Shown here: positions 1-9,096 of the stretch, in pieces
Position numbering within the stretch: position 1 is the first letter of the stretch
Layout: the number at the start of each line of letters is the position of its first letter
Assembly: GCA_965203355.1 (NCBI GenBank)
Contig: OZ241889.1
Span: 3,976,280-4,040,279, forward strand
DNA: 64,000 nucleotides
Reading direction: 5' to 3'
DNA from: Candidatus Latescibacterota bacterium
GTDB lineage: Bacteria > Latescibacterota > UBA2968 > UBA8231
Program-made: the position numbers and the translations under genes
Notes under the pieces: model-generated
Databases searched by the model: none
What the model was told of the DNA's origin: nothing
Seen by the model: only the letters and a program-made list of their open reading frames with translations

Positions 1-1170
1 TCCACCCTCAACGCCATGCTCGCCGACACCATTCCCGGTGTCAAGGTAGTAAAGGCGTTTGCCCAAGAAAACCGCGAGCTCGAGCGCTTCAACAAGCGCA
101 ACAGCGACCTGCGAGACTCGCAGATGACCTCGTTCAAGATGCGGTCCTATTACATTCCGACGATCTCCTTTACCACCTCGGTTGGCTCGATCATTCTCTG
201 GTGGTTCGGCGGCCATCGAGTGCTCTCCAACACCCTGACCCTCGGCGACCTCCAAGCATTTATCGCCTATATGACGATGTTCTACGCGCCGGTGCGCTCG
301 CTGTGCAACCTCACCGAACAGCTAGAGACCGCAGCGACAACAGCCGAGCGCGTCTTTGAGATCATCGACACCGAGCCGGAAGTCCAAGACGCCCTTGACG
401 CCATAGATCCCGGCGTGCTTGAAGGCTCAGTAGAGTTCCGCAACGTCAGTTTCACCTACGACGGCTCGGCCAGGATTCTCGACCACATCCACTTTAAGGC
501 CGAACCCGGCGAGATGATCGGCATCGTTGGCCCCAGCGGCGCGGGTAAGTCCACGTTGGTCAACCTCATCTCGCGGTTCTACGACGCCACCGACGGTCAA
601 GTCCTCATTGACGGCCAGCCCATTACCCGGCTCAAACAGCAGGCGTTGCGCGGTCAAATCGGCGTGGTCTTGCAAGAGCCGCTGCTCTTCCAAGGCTCCA
701 TCGCCAACAATATCGCCTACGGCCACCCCACTGCCACGCGCCAAGAAGTCATCGAGGCGGCCCGCGCGGCCAACGCCCACAAGTTCATCATGAATTTTCC
801 CGATGGCTACGACACCCAAGTCGGCGAGCGCGGCGGTCGGCTCTCCGGCGGCGAGCGCCAGCGCATCTCCATTGCCCGCGCCCTGATCGGCAACCCGCGC
901 ATCCTGATCCTCGACGAAGCCACGGCCTCGGTCGATACCCAGACCGAGTACGAAATCCAAGAGGCACTCGAACGGTTGGTAGCGGGCCGCACGACCTTTG
1001 CCATTGCCCACCGGCTCTCAACCCTCAAAAACGCCGACCGCCTGCTGGTGCTGGAAAGAGGGCGCGTCGCCGAGGTCGGCACCCACGAAGCGTTGCTCAA
1101 TAAGGAGGACGGCGTCTATCGCCGACTGGTCGATATGCAAACCGAAATGGCGAAAGTGCGGGCACTATGA
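1..1170 (+). CDS. ABC exporter, fused permease/ATP-binding protein (MsbA-like), 5-prime end cut by window edge
   Basis: Frame is open from base 1. Walker A GPSGAGKST, ABC signature LSGGERQR, Walker B ILILDEATA, H-loop AIAHRLST. The upstream part looks like the end of a type-1 exporter TM domain. Confidence 0.88.
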   Translation, partial: STLNAMLADTIPGVKVVKAFAQENRELERFNKRNSDLRDSQMTSFKMRSYYIPTISFTTSVGSIILWWFGGHRVLSNTLTLGDLQAFIAYMTMFYAPVRSLCNLTEQLETAATTAERVFEIIDTEPEVQDALDAIDPGVLEGSVEFRNVSFTYDGSARILDHIHFKAEPGEMIGIVGPSGAGKSTLVNLISRFYDATDGQVLIDGQPITRLKQQALRGQIGVVLQEPLLFQGSIANNIAYGHPTATRQEVIEAARAANAHKFIMNFPDGYDTQVGERGGRLSGGERQRISIARALIGNPRILILDEATASVDTQTEYEIQEALERLVAGRTTFAIAHRLSTLKNADRLLVLERGRVAEVGTHEALLNKEDGVYRRLVDMQTEMAKVRAL

Positions 1171-1670
1171 GCGAGGCACGCGGTTATTCGTACGAGGATT
1201 TTCTGCTCGACCCGCAAAAGGTGCGCTTCAGTCGCTCCGAGCGCGGCAGTTTGCTCCTCAAGCTCGACGGCGAAGAATACACCAACCTCAAGATTCGCCG
1301 CGCCTTCCCATTAGAGGAGACCGACCGCTACATCGGCGTCTTTGCCGCCGAGGACCAAGAACTCGGCATAATCGAAGACCCACAGCAGCTAGACGCCCAA
1401 AGCCGTCAGGTGCTCTTGGACGAACTCGGCAAGATCTACTTTCAACCGCAGATTCTCGCCTTTGACAAACTCGACGAGGAGTTCGGGGTGCTGCGCGGCC
1501 AGATCGAAACCACCAGCGGCCCCCGCCAGCTCGAAATCCGCGGCTATCGCACTAATGTACGCATGCTCTCCGGTAGCCGGGCCATCATCGAGGATGTCGA
1601 TGGCAACCGCTATCTGATCGCCAACTGGCGCACACTGCCGCGAAGAACCCGCGATATTTTAGGGCTTTAA
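1167..1670 (+). CDS. DUF1854-like protein (ABC-exporter-associated)
   Basis: ATGA start/stop overlap with the ABC gene (1167-1170). About 167 aa with the pattern RRAFPL...GIIEDP...YFQPQI...ETTSGPRQ..IRG, which I recall for DUF1854 proteins found next to such exporters. Confidence 0.6.
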   Translation: MSEARGYSYEDFLLDPQKVRFSRSERGSLLLKLDGEEYTNLKIRRAFPLEETDRYIGVFAAEDQELGIIEDPQQLDAQSRQVLLDELGKIYFQPQILAFDKLDEEFGVLRGQIETTSGPRQLEIRGYRTNVRMLSGSRAIIEDVDGNRYLIANWRTLPRRTRDILGL

Positions 1671-1676
1671 TGGTGG

Positions 1677-2245
1677 TTAGCCAGCGAAATACGCCCGCAT
1701 CTTCTCCAGACCAATCCGGGCAACTTCCGCTGGATCCTGTTCCCACAGCCCCGGATTGAACAGTTCCAGCGACACAAATCCCTCGTATCCCTGCGCTTGC
1801 GCCAACCGCTCAATCGCGCGCAATGGCCCAACCCCATCCCCCGGCATCACCCGATCAGCATCGCTTTGTTCGGCAAAGGGCCTGTTGCCTGGGGCGTCGT
1901 TCCAGTGCCAGACCGCAACTTTGTCGCTGGGTACTTTGGCAATACTCGCAATGGGACCGCCACCGCCTGCGCCATTCGCCGCCGCACCTCCTCCAATGCC
2001 AGCACCCGCGCCGCGCCCTCAGCCCCCAACCAGCCGTGGAGTGCAATGACGGTCGGCACCGCCAGCCCGTAGTCGGCCAGTGCCTGACGCACCTCCGCGA
2101 GCGAACCGCCCTGCTGCTCGTGCGCCGTCAAGTCGTCGTTCCACAGTTCAATGCCCTCGTAGCCAGCCTGCCCGGCGATGCGGATTTTCTCCATCAGCGA
2201 CGCTGGGCGAATTGTCGATGTGTTGAGCGCGTATTGCACTGTCAT
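1677..2245 (-). pseudogene. Sugar phosphate isomerase/epimerase (xylose-isomerase-like TIM barrel), frameshifted and internally shortened
   Basis: The N-terminal frame (2245 down to about 1990) reads MTVQYALNTSTIRPASLMEKIRIAGQAGYEGIELW. A different frame ends at the TAA at 1677-1679 and reads KVAVWHWNDAPG..DADRVMPGDGVGPLRAIERLAQAQGYEGFVSLELFNPGLWEQDPAEVARIGLEKMRAYFAG. The span is 569 nt, not a multiple of 3, and encodes only about 189 aa against the usual 260-280. Confidence 0.55.
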
Positions 2246-2711
2246 AGTACTTCCTTTCTCGTTGGGCTATCCATGGAAAAAATCATTTCCCTCTACCAAT
2301 CCCACGCCCCACGATGCCACAGCCACCCAGAGAATCGGGTGATCGTGGCCGTCCACCACGTCGGCCAATCATCCGGTCCGAGCACGGGCTTTGCGCCGCA
2401 CGGTGCCGCCGATTTTCTTGGGCGCAATATCGACAAACACATCGGGAACGCGGCCTTCGCACGCTAGGTGCCTGGCGAGTCGGCGAAACACCCTAAAGTG
2501 CCGATCGCGGCGGCGCCATTCCACCGCTCTCGTCGTCCGAACCATCGCGGCCACGACCGCAAAATCTTCGCAGCACTGCGCTTGGATGCTTTGCCGGTGT
2601 GGCGGCTGCATTGAACACGGGCGTTTTCACGGTCACGCGGGTTGCACTTTCATAGCCGTTAGGTATGAGAGCTTGACATTCTTTCGCTCCGTGCCCGATT
2701 TTAATTCCTAT

Positions 2712-3473
2712 ATGGTACATCTCAAATCACCCGCGGAAATCGACCGCATCCGCGCTAGTTGCCGCATCGCCGCCGAAGCCATGGTCCGCGTCGAAGAGGC
2801 CATCGCACCTGGGATCACCACCCTCCATCTCGATCAAATAGCCGACCGCTACATCCGCAGCCAAGGAGCCGTCGCCAGTGCCTTGGGCTATCGCGGCTTT
2901 CCCAGCAGCATCTGCGTCTCGGTCAACGACGAAGTCGTCCACGGCATTCCCGGCGACCGCATCCTGCAAGAAGGGGACATCCTCGCCGTTGACATTGCCG
3001 TTAAAAAGGATGGCTTTCACGGCGACATGAACGTCACTATGAAAGTCGGCTGCGTAACTTCCAAGGCCCAGTGCCTGCTCGACACCACGCGCCAGAGCTT
3101 GGAGGAAGGGTTGGCCTTCTGCACACCTGGGCACCGCCTCGGCGACATTGGCCACGCCATCCAAAGCTATGTCGAAGCGCATGGCTTCTCCATCGTGCGC
3201 ATGTATTGCGGCCACGGCATTGGCCGCAACTTCCACGAGGAACCCCAACTGCTCCACTACGGCAAGGCTGGCACGGGTCGCCGCCTGCAAAACGGCATGG
3301 TATTTACCATTGAGCCGATGGTCAACGAGGGCGCGCCCGACACGCTCGTACTCGACGACGACTGGACGGCCGTCACCGCCGACGGCAAGCTCTCGGCCCA
3401 ATACGAACACACCGTGGCCGTCACCCACGACGGGCCAGACGTGCTGTCGCGCTTTGCCGATCTGCCGTACTGA
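2712..3473 (+). CDS. map: Type I methionine aminopeptidase
   Basis: 253 aa from the ATG at 2712 (MVHLKSPAEIDRIR). Typical MAP-I blocks are GYRGFPSSICVSVNDEVVHGIP, DIAVKKDGFHGD, CGHGIG, FTIEP and QYEHTV. The ORF-track start at 2391 is an unlikely upstream extension. Confidence 0.92.
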   Translation: MVHLKSPAEIDRIRASCRIAAEAMVRVEEAIAPGITTLHLDQIADRYIRSQGAVASALGYRGFPSSICVSVNDEVVHGIPGDRILQEGDILAVDIAVKKDGFHGDMNVTMKVGCVTSKAQCLLDTTRQSLEEGLAFCTPGHRLGDIGHAIQSYVEAHGFSIVRMYCGHGIGRNFHEEPQLLHYGKAGTGRRLQNGMVFTIEPMVNEGAPDTLVLDDDWTAVTADGKLSAQYEHTVAVTHDGPDVLSRFADLPY

Positions 3474-3530
3474 ACTTGCTCGGCAGCGGCATTTTCTTAT
3501 TTTCTAAATTCATTTCACGAGGAGAACAGC

Positions 3531-3824
3531 ATGGCAAGGCCCAAAAAAGTCCAATCCAACGGCGACGACGACAACGCTGAATTTCCGATTGATCCCGGTA
3601 CGCAGATCGAGTTGGAAATGGAAGACACCTGCTGCGTCACTGGCGAGCGAGTCGAGTTCAGCTTTTGTCGCTTCCCCGATTACAAAAATGGCACGATGAT
3701 GGTCATGTCCAAGAGCGAGATGCTAGCGCACCTGAGTGCTGGCGACTCCATCAGCAAATTCAAAGAAGTGTTGGTCCAGCGCCACGGCGAGGAAGTCTTG
3801 GCGGAGCACTACTCCAACTACTAA
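3531..3824 (+). CDS. Hypothetical small acidic protein (97 aa)
   Basis: GAGGAG Shine-Dalgarno about 7 nt upstream of the ATG, clean ORF, strong terminator downstream. I recognise no family. Confidence 0.5.
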   Translation: MARPKKVQSNGDDDNAEFPIDPGTQIELEMEDTCCVTGERVEFSFCRFPDYKNGTMMVMSKSEMLAHLSAGDSISKFKEVLVQRHGEEVLAEHYSNY

Positions 3825-3846
3825 AACAACGACGAATTACCTACAT

Positions 3847-3889
3847 GCAAAAGAAGGGATGGTCCGCATGGGACCATCCCTTCTTTTGC
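3847..3889. terminator. Bidirectional intrinsic terminator hairpin
   Basis: Perfect 19-bp stem gcaaaagaagggatggtcc / ggaccatcccttcttttgc with a 5-nt loop, A/T tracts on both sides, placed between convergent genes. Confidence 0.8.
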
Positions 3890-3904
3890 TCTATGCCGAC
3901 GTCC

Positions 3905-4462
3905 TTAGGAGCGCGCCAACAAGGTTTCGATATCCTCGCTGAATACCCCACGGGGATTGAGTTGGCCGCTTTTGTCGCGCGGCACACCTATGTGCTTCTT
4001 GTACACGCGGCCTTGGCGATCAAAAATAAAGGTGAGCGGTACGCTTACCTGCCCTAAATTTCCTTTGTAAAAGGCGCGGAGTAACTCGTATTGACCATCG
4101 TGAACCACCGGGTAGTTGATGGCCAAACGCTCGACGAACTCGCCTATTAGAGGTAAGACGCGCTCGGGGGGGCCTAGATCTATGGAAACGCCAATGATCG
4201 CCACCTGTTCGGGATCGTACTCAGTCCTCATCTCGACTAAGGCTGGGATCTCGTAGCGACACGGGCCGCACCAAGTCGCCCAGAAGTTGACCAAGACCAC
4301 CTTGCCCTCGTAATCGCGCAAATCCACGTTCTGGCCCTGATAGTCGTTCCACTTAGCAGCCTGCGGGGGAAATAGCTTGTCCGCTTGTGGCTCGGAGGAG
4401 CCACAGCCCAACATTAGAAGTGCCAACCCACTCACCAGCCCTTTGATCGCCATTGCACACAT
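3905..4462 (-). CDS. TlpA-family thiol:disulfide oxidoreductase lipoprotein (thioredoxin fold)
   Basis: Lipobox-like LLMLGCGS followed by the redox motif WATWCGPC. Lies 15 nt downstream of dnaE on the same strand. Confidence 0.8.
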   Translation of the reverse strand: MCAMAIKGLVSGLALLMLGCGSSEPQADKLFPPQAAKWNDYQGQNVDLRDYEGKVVLVNFWATWCGPCRYEIPALVEMRTEYDPEQVAIIGVSIDLGPPERVLPLIGEFVERLAINYPVVHDGQYELLRAFYKGNLGQVSVPLTFIFDRQGRVYKKHIGVPRDKSGQLNPRGVFSEDIETLLARS

Positions 4463-4476
4463 GGTACGTCCTGTGT

Positions 4477-7400
4477 TTAGCTGGGCTGGTGTAAGCCTAC
4501 GGGTACTTGCATTTTGGGATCCAGCCGAGTGGACCGGGGACCGATCAGTTCCTCAATGCCGCGCAGCAAATCGTCGCAGGGATCGACGCGAATGGTCTTT
4601 GAGCGCACCACTTTGTCCTGCTCGCCGCCGTTTTGGAGCCGGAGCCACAACTCGCAATCGCCCGTGTGGCGCTCGCACAGGTGGCGCAGCCGGCTGAGAA
4701 GGGGGTCGCCTACTTTCTGGTAGGGCAGCGACAAGGTAACGGCCTTAGTCAACTCCGCCCGCGCCGATTCAAGGGGCAGCGCGCGATCGGCCTGTAAACT
4801 CAGGCGTCCGTTGCGCTCGCAAACGCGCCCCTCTACGAGGATGGTTTCGCCTTCCACGAGTAGCTGTTGGCAGTGGGCGAAGGTGTCGCCGAAAAACGCG
4901 ATATCGCCCGTGCTATTGAGGTCTTTGAGCGTGACAAAGGCATAGGGATTGCCGCGGCGGTCAAAGAGCTTGCGCACCTCCTCGACTAGGCCACCGACCC
5001 GCAGCGGCATACCGTTGCGCTGCCCATCTATCTCGCTTAGAGGCCGTGCGAGGTTTCCGAGATCGCGGGCGTAGCGCTCGAGCGGATGGCCGGAGATATA
5101 AAGACCCAATAGGTCGCGTTCCTTGGCCAGCTTTTCGCGCTCAGACCACTCCTCGACCTCGGGTAGGTCCTGTACTACTAGCTCGGACGAGCCGCCGCCG
5201 AAGAGGCTGATTTGCCCCTTTTCGTGGTTTTCTTGGGCCTTGTTTGCGGCCTTTAACGCCAGATCTAGTGCCTCCATTTTCTGTGCGCGATGGCCTTCAA
5301 GGCTCTCCAACGCGCCGGCAGCAATCAGACTCTCGATCACGCGCCGGTTGACCGCACGCAAGTCGATGCGCTCGCAGAATTCGAAGAGCGTGGTAAACGG
5401 CCCGTCTGCAATCCGCGTATCTACTATGCCCTGTACTGCGATCTCGCCGACGTTCTTGATCGCCGCCAAACCGTAGCGAATGCCCTCGTCCGTCGGTGTG
5501 AAATTGAGCGTACTCTGGTTGACATCAGGCGGCAGGACCCGGATGCCCATGCGGTGGCAGTCGTCGAGCAAGACGGTCAGTCGGTCCGTATCTTTGCGCT
5601 CAATGGTCAGGCTAGCGGCCATGTACTCTTGGGGATAATGAGCCTTGAGGTACGCGTTTTTGTACGCACCCTCGGCATAACAGGCTGCGTGCGACTTGTT
5701 GAAAGCGTAGCCAGCAAAAATCTCGATCTCGCCGAACAGCTTGTTGGCCAACGATTTTTCCACCTCGTTTGCGACGCAGCCAACGACGAAGTCCTTTTTG
5801 ACCTTGGCCATTTCCTCGGGCTTTTTCTTGCCCATCGCCTTGCGCAAAATATCGGCTTGGCCGAGGGTGAAACCGGCCAACTCTTGGGCGATGCGCATAA
5901 CCTGCTCTTGATAGACCATGATCCCATAGGTCGGCTCCAAAATCGACTCCAACTTGGGGTGGTCGTAAGCGACGGCTTCATCGCCGCGCTTGCGGGCGAT
6001 GAAGGTCGGGATATTGTCCATCGGCCCCGGGCGATAGAGGGCGTTCATGGCGATAATGTCTTCGATCGTGTCCGGCTTGAGCTTGCTCAGGTATTCGCGC
6101 ATTCCCGTGGACTCAAACTGGAAAACGCCAATCGTCTCGCCGCGACCAAACAGATCGAAAGTGGCTCGGTCGTCCCACGGGATGGTTTCCAAATTAAAGT
6201 CCGGCTCCTTGAGCCGAATCAAGCGCACGGCCTCATCAACCAGCGACAACTCCTTTAAGCCCAAAATGTCCATCTTCAGCAAGCCGATGTCCATGCAGGT
6301 CTCGCCGACGAACTGGGTGGTTATAGTCCCGTCTTTCGGGGCGCGATAGAGCGGCACGTAATCGGTCAATTCTCCAGGAGCGATGATGACCGCGCAGGCG
6401 TGGACCGAGGCGTGACGCGCCATGCCCTCCAGCTTGCGGGCGTATTCGACCAATTTGCCTTCGTTGCCGGGTGCTTGGACTAGCTGCTGTAGCTCGGGCA
6501 CCCGCTCGATAGCCTTGTCGAGGGTAATTTTCAGTTCGGTCGGCACCTGTTTGGCGATGCGATCCACCTCGCCAAAGGGCATGCCTAAAACCCGTCCGAC
6601 ATCGCGCACCACCGCTTTAGCTCCCATAGTCCCAAACGTGATGACTCGCGATACGTTGTCCTTGCCGTACTTATCCACCACATAGCGCAGCACCTCGTCG
6701 CGCCGGGTGTCGTCGAAGTCAATGTCAATATCGGGTGGCTCAATGCGTTCGGGATTGAGGAAGCGCTCGAAGATCAGGTCGTACTTGATGGGATCCACAT
6801 TGGTAATGCCGAGGCAATACGAGGCCAAGCAGCCAGCGGCCGAGCCGCGCCCCGGCCCCACGGAAATGCCCTGATTACGAGCGTAGTTGACAAGGTCCCA
6901 GACGATGAGGAAATAGCCGGAAAAATCCTGGCTGGTGATGACGCTTAGCTCGTAGTCGAGCCGCTCCTGCACGACCGGGTCGACAGTGCCGTAGCGCCGC
7001 TCCAAACCCTCCTGCGCCAGTTGCGTCAGATAGTCGTCGCTGGAAGCATAGCCAGTAGGGATCGGAAAATCCGGCATATAGGTTTTTCCGAACTCAAGCT
7101 CGACGTTGCATTTGCCGGCAATTTCGAGAGTGCGCTCCAGCGCGTCGGGCAAATCCGCAAACAGCGTCCGCATATCTTCGGCACTCTTCATGTAGAGTCC
7201 GTCGGGATAGCACAGGCGATTTTTCTCGTCAACCGTCTTGTTGGTCTGGATGCAGATCAGGGCATCGTGGGCATCGTGGTCGGAGGCACGCAGGAAGTGG
7301 AAGTCATTGGTGGCCACCAGTGGCACACCCAGCTTGCGATGCAGCTTGAGCAAGCCGTCGTTTACCTTGGCTTCGGGGTCGATGTCGTGGCGCTGGATCT

Positions 7401-7929
7401 CCAAGTAGTAGTCGTCGCCAAAAATGTCCATAAACTCTCGGGCGACCTTTTCGGCTGCGGCTAGCCCCTCGCGCTGGATCAGGTGCGGAATCTCGCCGCC
7501 GATGCAGGCCGACATGCAAACCAAGCCCTCGGCGTGTTGGCGCAACAGTTCCTTGTCGATGCGAGGATTGTAGTAGTAGCCTTCGAGATAGCCCCTAGAG
7601 ACGAGCTTGGTCAGATTGCGGTAGCCAGTGGCGTCTTTGGCCAGCAATATGAGGTGGTTGGAGGCGTGAGTTAGGCCGCGAGCGGGCTGGCGCAAATGAC
7701 GGCTATCAATCGCTACGTAAACTTCGCAGCCGATAATGGGCTTAATGCCAGCATCTTGGCAAGCCCTGTAGTGCTCGATGACGCCAAAGAGATTGCCGTG
7801 ATCTGTAAGGGCTAAGGCCGGCATACCCTGCTCGGCCGCTAACTCGGCCATCTCGCCGACCCGACATCCTCCATCAAGCAGGCTGTATTCGCTGTGACCG
7901 TGTAAATGGACGAAATCAGCCGAAGCCAT
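4477..7929 (-). CDS. dnaE: DNA polymerase III alpha subunit
   Basis: 1150 aa. PHP domain HLHGHSEYSLLDG..ALTDHGNLFG, polymerase core, and a C-terminal OB fold. Confidence 0.97.
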   Translation of the reverse strand: MASADFVHLHGHSEYSLLDGGCRVGEMAELAAEQGMPALALTDHGNLFGVIEHYRACQDAGIKPIIGCEVYVAIDSRHLRQPARGLTHASNHLILLAKDATGYRNLTKLVSRGYLEGYYYNPRIDKELLRQHAEGLVCMSACIGGEIPHLIQREGLAAAEKVAREFMDIFGDDYYLEIQRHDIDPEAKVNDGLLKLHRKLGVPLVATNDFHFLRASDHDAHDALICIQTNKTVDEKNRLCYPDGLYMKSAEDMRTLFADLPDALERTLEIAGKCNVELEFGKTYMPDFPIPTGYASSDDYLTQLAQEGLERRYGTVDPVVQERLDYELSVITSQDFSGYFLIVWDLVNYARNQGISVGPGRGSAAGCLASYCLGITNVDPIKYDLIFERFLNPERIEPPDIDIDFDDTRRDEVLRYVVDKYGKDNVSRVITFGTMGAKAVVRDVGRVLGMPFGEVDRIAKQVPTELKITLDKAIERVPELQQLVQAPGNEGKLVEYARKLEGMARHASVHACAVIIAPGELTDYVPLYRAPKDGTITTQFVGETCMDIGLLKMDILGLKELSLVDEAVRLIRLKEPDFNLETIPWDDRATFDLFGRGETIGVFQFESTGMREYLSKLKPDTIEDIIAMNALYRPGPMDNIPTFIARKRGDEAVAYDHPKLESILEPTYGIMVYQEQVMRIAQELAGFTLGQADILRKAMGKKKPEEMAKVKKDFVVGCVANEVEKSLANKLFGEIEIFAGYAFNKSHAACYAEGAYKNAYLKAHYPQEYMAASLTIERKDTDRLTVLLDDCHRMGIRVLPPDVNQSTLNFTPTDEGIRYGLAAIKNVGEIAVQGIVDTRIADGPFTTLFEFCERIDLRAVNRRVIESLIAAGALESLEGHRAQKMEALDLALKAANKAQENHEKGQISLFGGGSSELVVQDLPEVEEWSEREKLAKERDLLGLYISGHPLERYARDLGNLARPLSEIDGQRNGMPLRVGGLVEEVRKLFDRRGNPYAFVTLKDLNSTGDIAFFGDTFAHCQQLLVEGETILVEGRVCERNGRLSLQADRALPLESARAELTKAVTLSLPYQKVGDPLLSRLRHLCERHTGDCELWLRLQNGGEQDKVVRSKTIRVDPCDDLLRGIEELIGPRSTRLDPKMQVPVGLHQPS

Positions 7930-8222
7930 GACTACCTCCGCTACCTGTATGCGCTAGAAAAAATCTCTGGATTTAGAGAGCAAGGCCGAACAACGGGCCC
8001 AACTGCCTGGGGAAGGCATCGCCTTAGGGCAAGCATAGCCAATCCAAAAGGGACTGTCAACGGACCACAGAGGAGATGATTTTTTATAACATGTTATTTT
8101 ATTTATGAAAAGAGAAATTTATTGTATCCCCTTGGCAAAATAGACTGTACCCACCTGCGCCGCGAACTTGTCGCTGGAAACAGATGGGGCTATCTTTAAG
8201 TTGTTGCCGAGGAGCTAATCTG

Positions 8223-8471
8223 ATGATTGACAAAGAACTGTTGGCGATTCTCGCCTGCCCCGAGACCAAAGAGCCGGTCGCGCTCGCCGAGGAAGAACTC
8301 ATCGCCGCGCTCAACAGCCGCATTGCGCGTGGAGAGGTCAAGAATCGAGCCGGCAAAACCGTAGAAGGCAAGATCGACGGCGGCCTAGTGCGCGCAGATG
8401 GCGCGTACCTGTATCCGATCCAAGACGAAATCCCCATCCTGCTTCTCGACGAAGCCATCCCACTCCGCTAG
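8223..8471 (+). CDS. Trm112/YcaR-family small protein
   Basis: MIDKELLAILACPETKEPV ... YPIQDEIPILLLDEAIPL. GAGGAG sits 8 nt upstream of the ATG at 8223. Confidence 0.75.
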   Translation: MIDKELLAILACPETKEPVALAEEELIAALNSRIARGEVKNRAGKTVEGKIDGGLVRADGAYLYPIQDEIPILLLDEAIPLR

Positions 8472-8483
8472 CGCCCGCACAAA

Positions 8484-8513
8484 AAAGGGACTGTGCGCTT
8501 ATACAGTCCCTTT
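8484..8513 (-). terminator. Intrinsic terminator downstream of secG-tRNA-Leu
   Basis: 11-bp stem aaagggactgt / acagtcccttt. On the minus strand it is followed by TTTTTTG. Confidence 0.75.
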
Positions 8514-8527
8514 GTCAACGTACATTA

Positions 8528-8612
8528 TGGTGCCGAAGCGGGGATTCGAACCCCGACGCCGTAAGGCACTGCCCCCTCAAGACAGCGTGTCTACCAATTC
8601 CACCACTTCGGC
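8528..8612 (-). tRNA. tRNA-Leu (anticodon GAG)
   Basis: Reverse complement is GCCGAAGTGGTGGAATTGGTAGACACGCTGTCTTGAGGGGGCAGTGCCTTACGGCGTCGGGGTTCGAATCCCCGCTTCGGCACCA. It folds as a cloverleaf with a 7-nt anticodon loop TTGAGGG, a long variable arm, and an encoded CCA. Confidence 0.93.
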
Positions 8613-8630
8613 AAAAACCAGTTTGGCCTG

Positions 8631-9020
8631 CTACTGAGCCTCGACCGGTGGCTCCTCAGCAGTCGAGGATTCAGCCGGCTTTTCTTCCTCGCCCAGCAGG
8701 TGCTCTGCTTCCGGGATGGCAGGCACCGCTGGCACCTGTTGCTCGGCCATCGTCCGTTGCGTCGCCGTCGTCGGAGTGGTCTCGGCCGTCTGAAAGGCCA
8801 CCGACTGCACCAAACAGCTCAGCATAAAAGCCGTGGCCAAAACGGTCGTGGCTTTGGTCAGAAACGTGGCTGCGGTACGGCCGCCCAACACGGAGGAAGA
8901 GGCTAGTCCGCCACCGATCGATCCGGCCAAGCCGCCCCCCTTGCCCGCCTGCAAGAGCACGGTCACGACTAGGAGTACGCAAATCAGCACGTGAAAAATC
9001 GCAAATAGAATCTCAAGCAT
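8631..9020 (-). CDS. secG: Preprotein translocase subunit SecG with extended Pro/Glu-rich tail
   Basis: MLEILFAIFHVLICVLLVVTVLLQAGKGGGLAGSIGGG plus a second TM segment. 129 aa. Confidence 0.85.
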   Translation of the reverse strand: MLEILFAIFHVLICVLLVVTVLLQAGKGGGLAGSIGGGLASSSVLGGRTAATFLTKATTVLATAFMLSCLVQSVAFQTAETTPTTATQRTMAEQQVPAVPAIPEAEHLLGEEEKPAESSTAEEPPVEAQ

Positions 9021-9096
9021 AATTTTGTGATAGCTTCCAAGTTTTGGTAATTGAGAATTACCTCCACCCCAATTCCCAATTAAGACAAATTTAAGG

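Noticed and set aside
2391-2711. 107-codon upstream extension of the map ORF
   Set aside because: The extension is Arg/Ala-rich with no MAP homology. A canonical 253-aa MAP starts at 2712.
5290-6258. 322-aa plus-strand ORF inside dnaE
   Set aside because: Antisense to a well-supported 1150-aa gene. Its composition is Arg/Ala/Gly-rich and it shows no motifs, which is typical of the long spurious ORFs that high-GC DNA produces.
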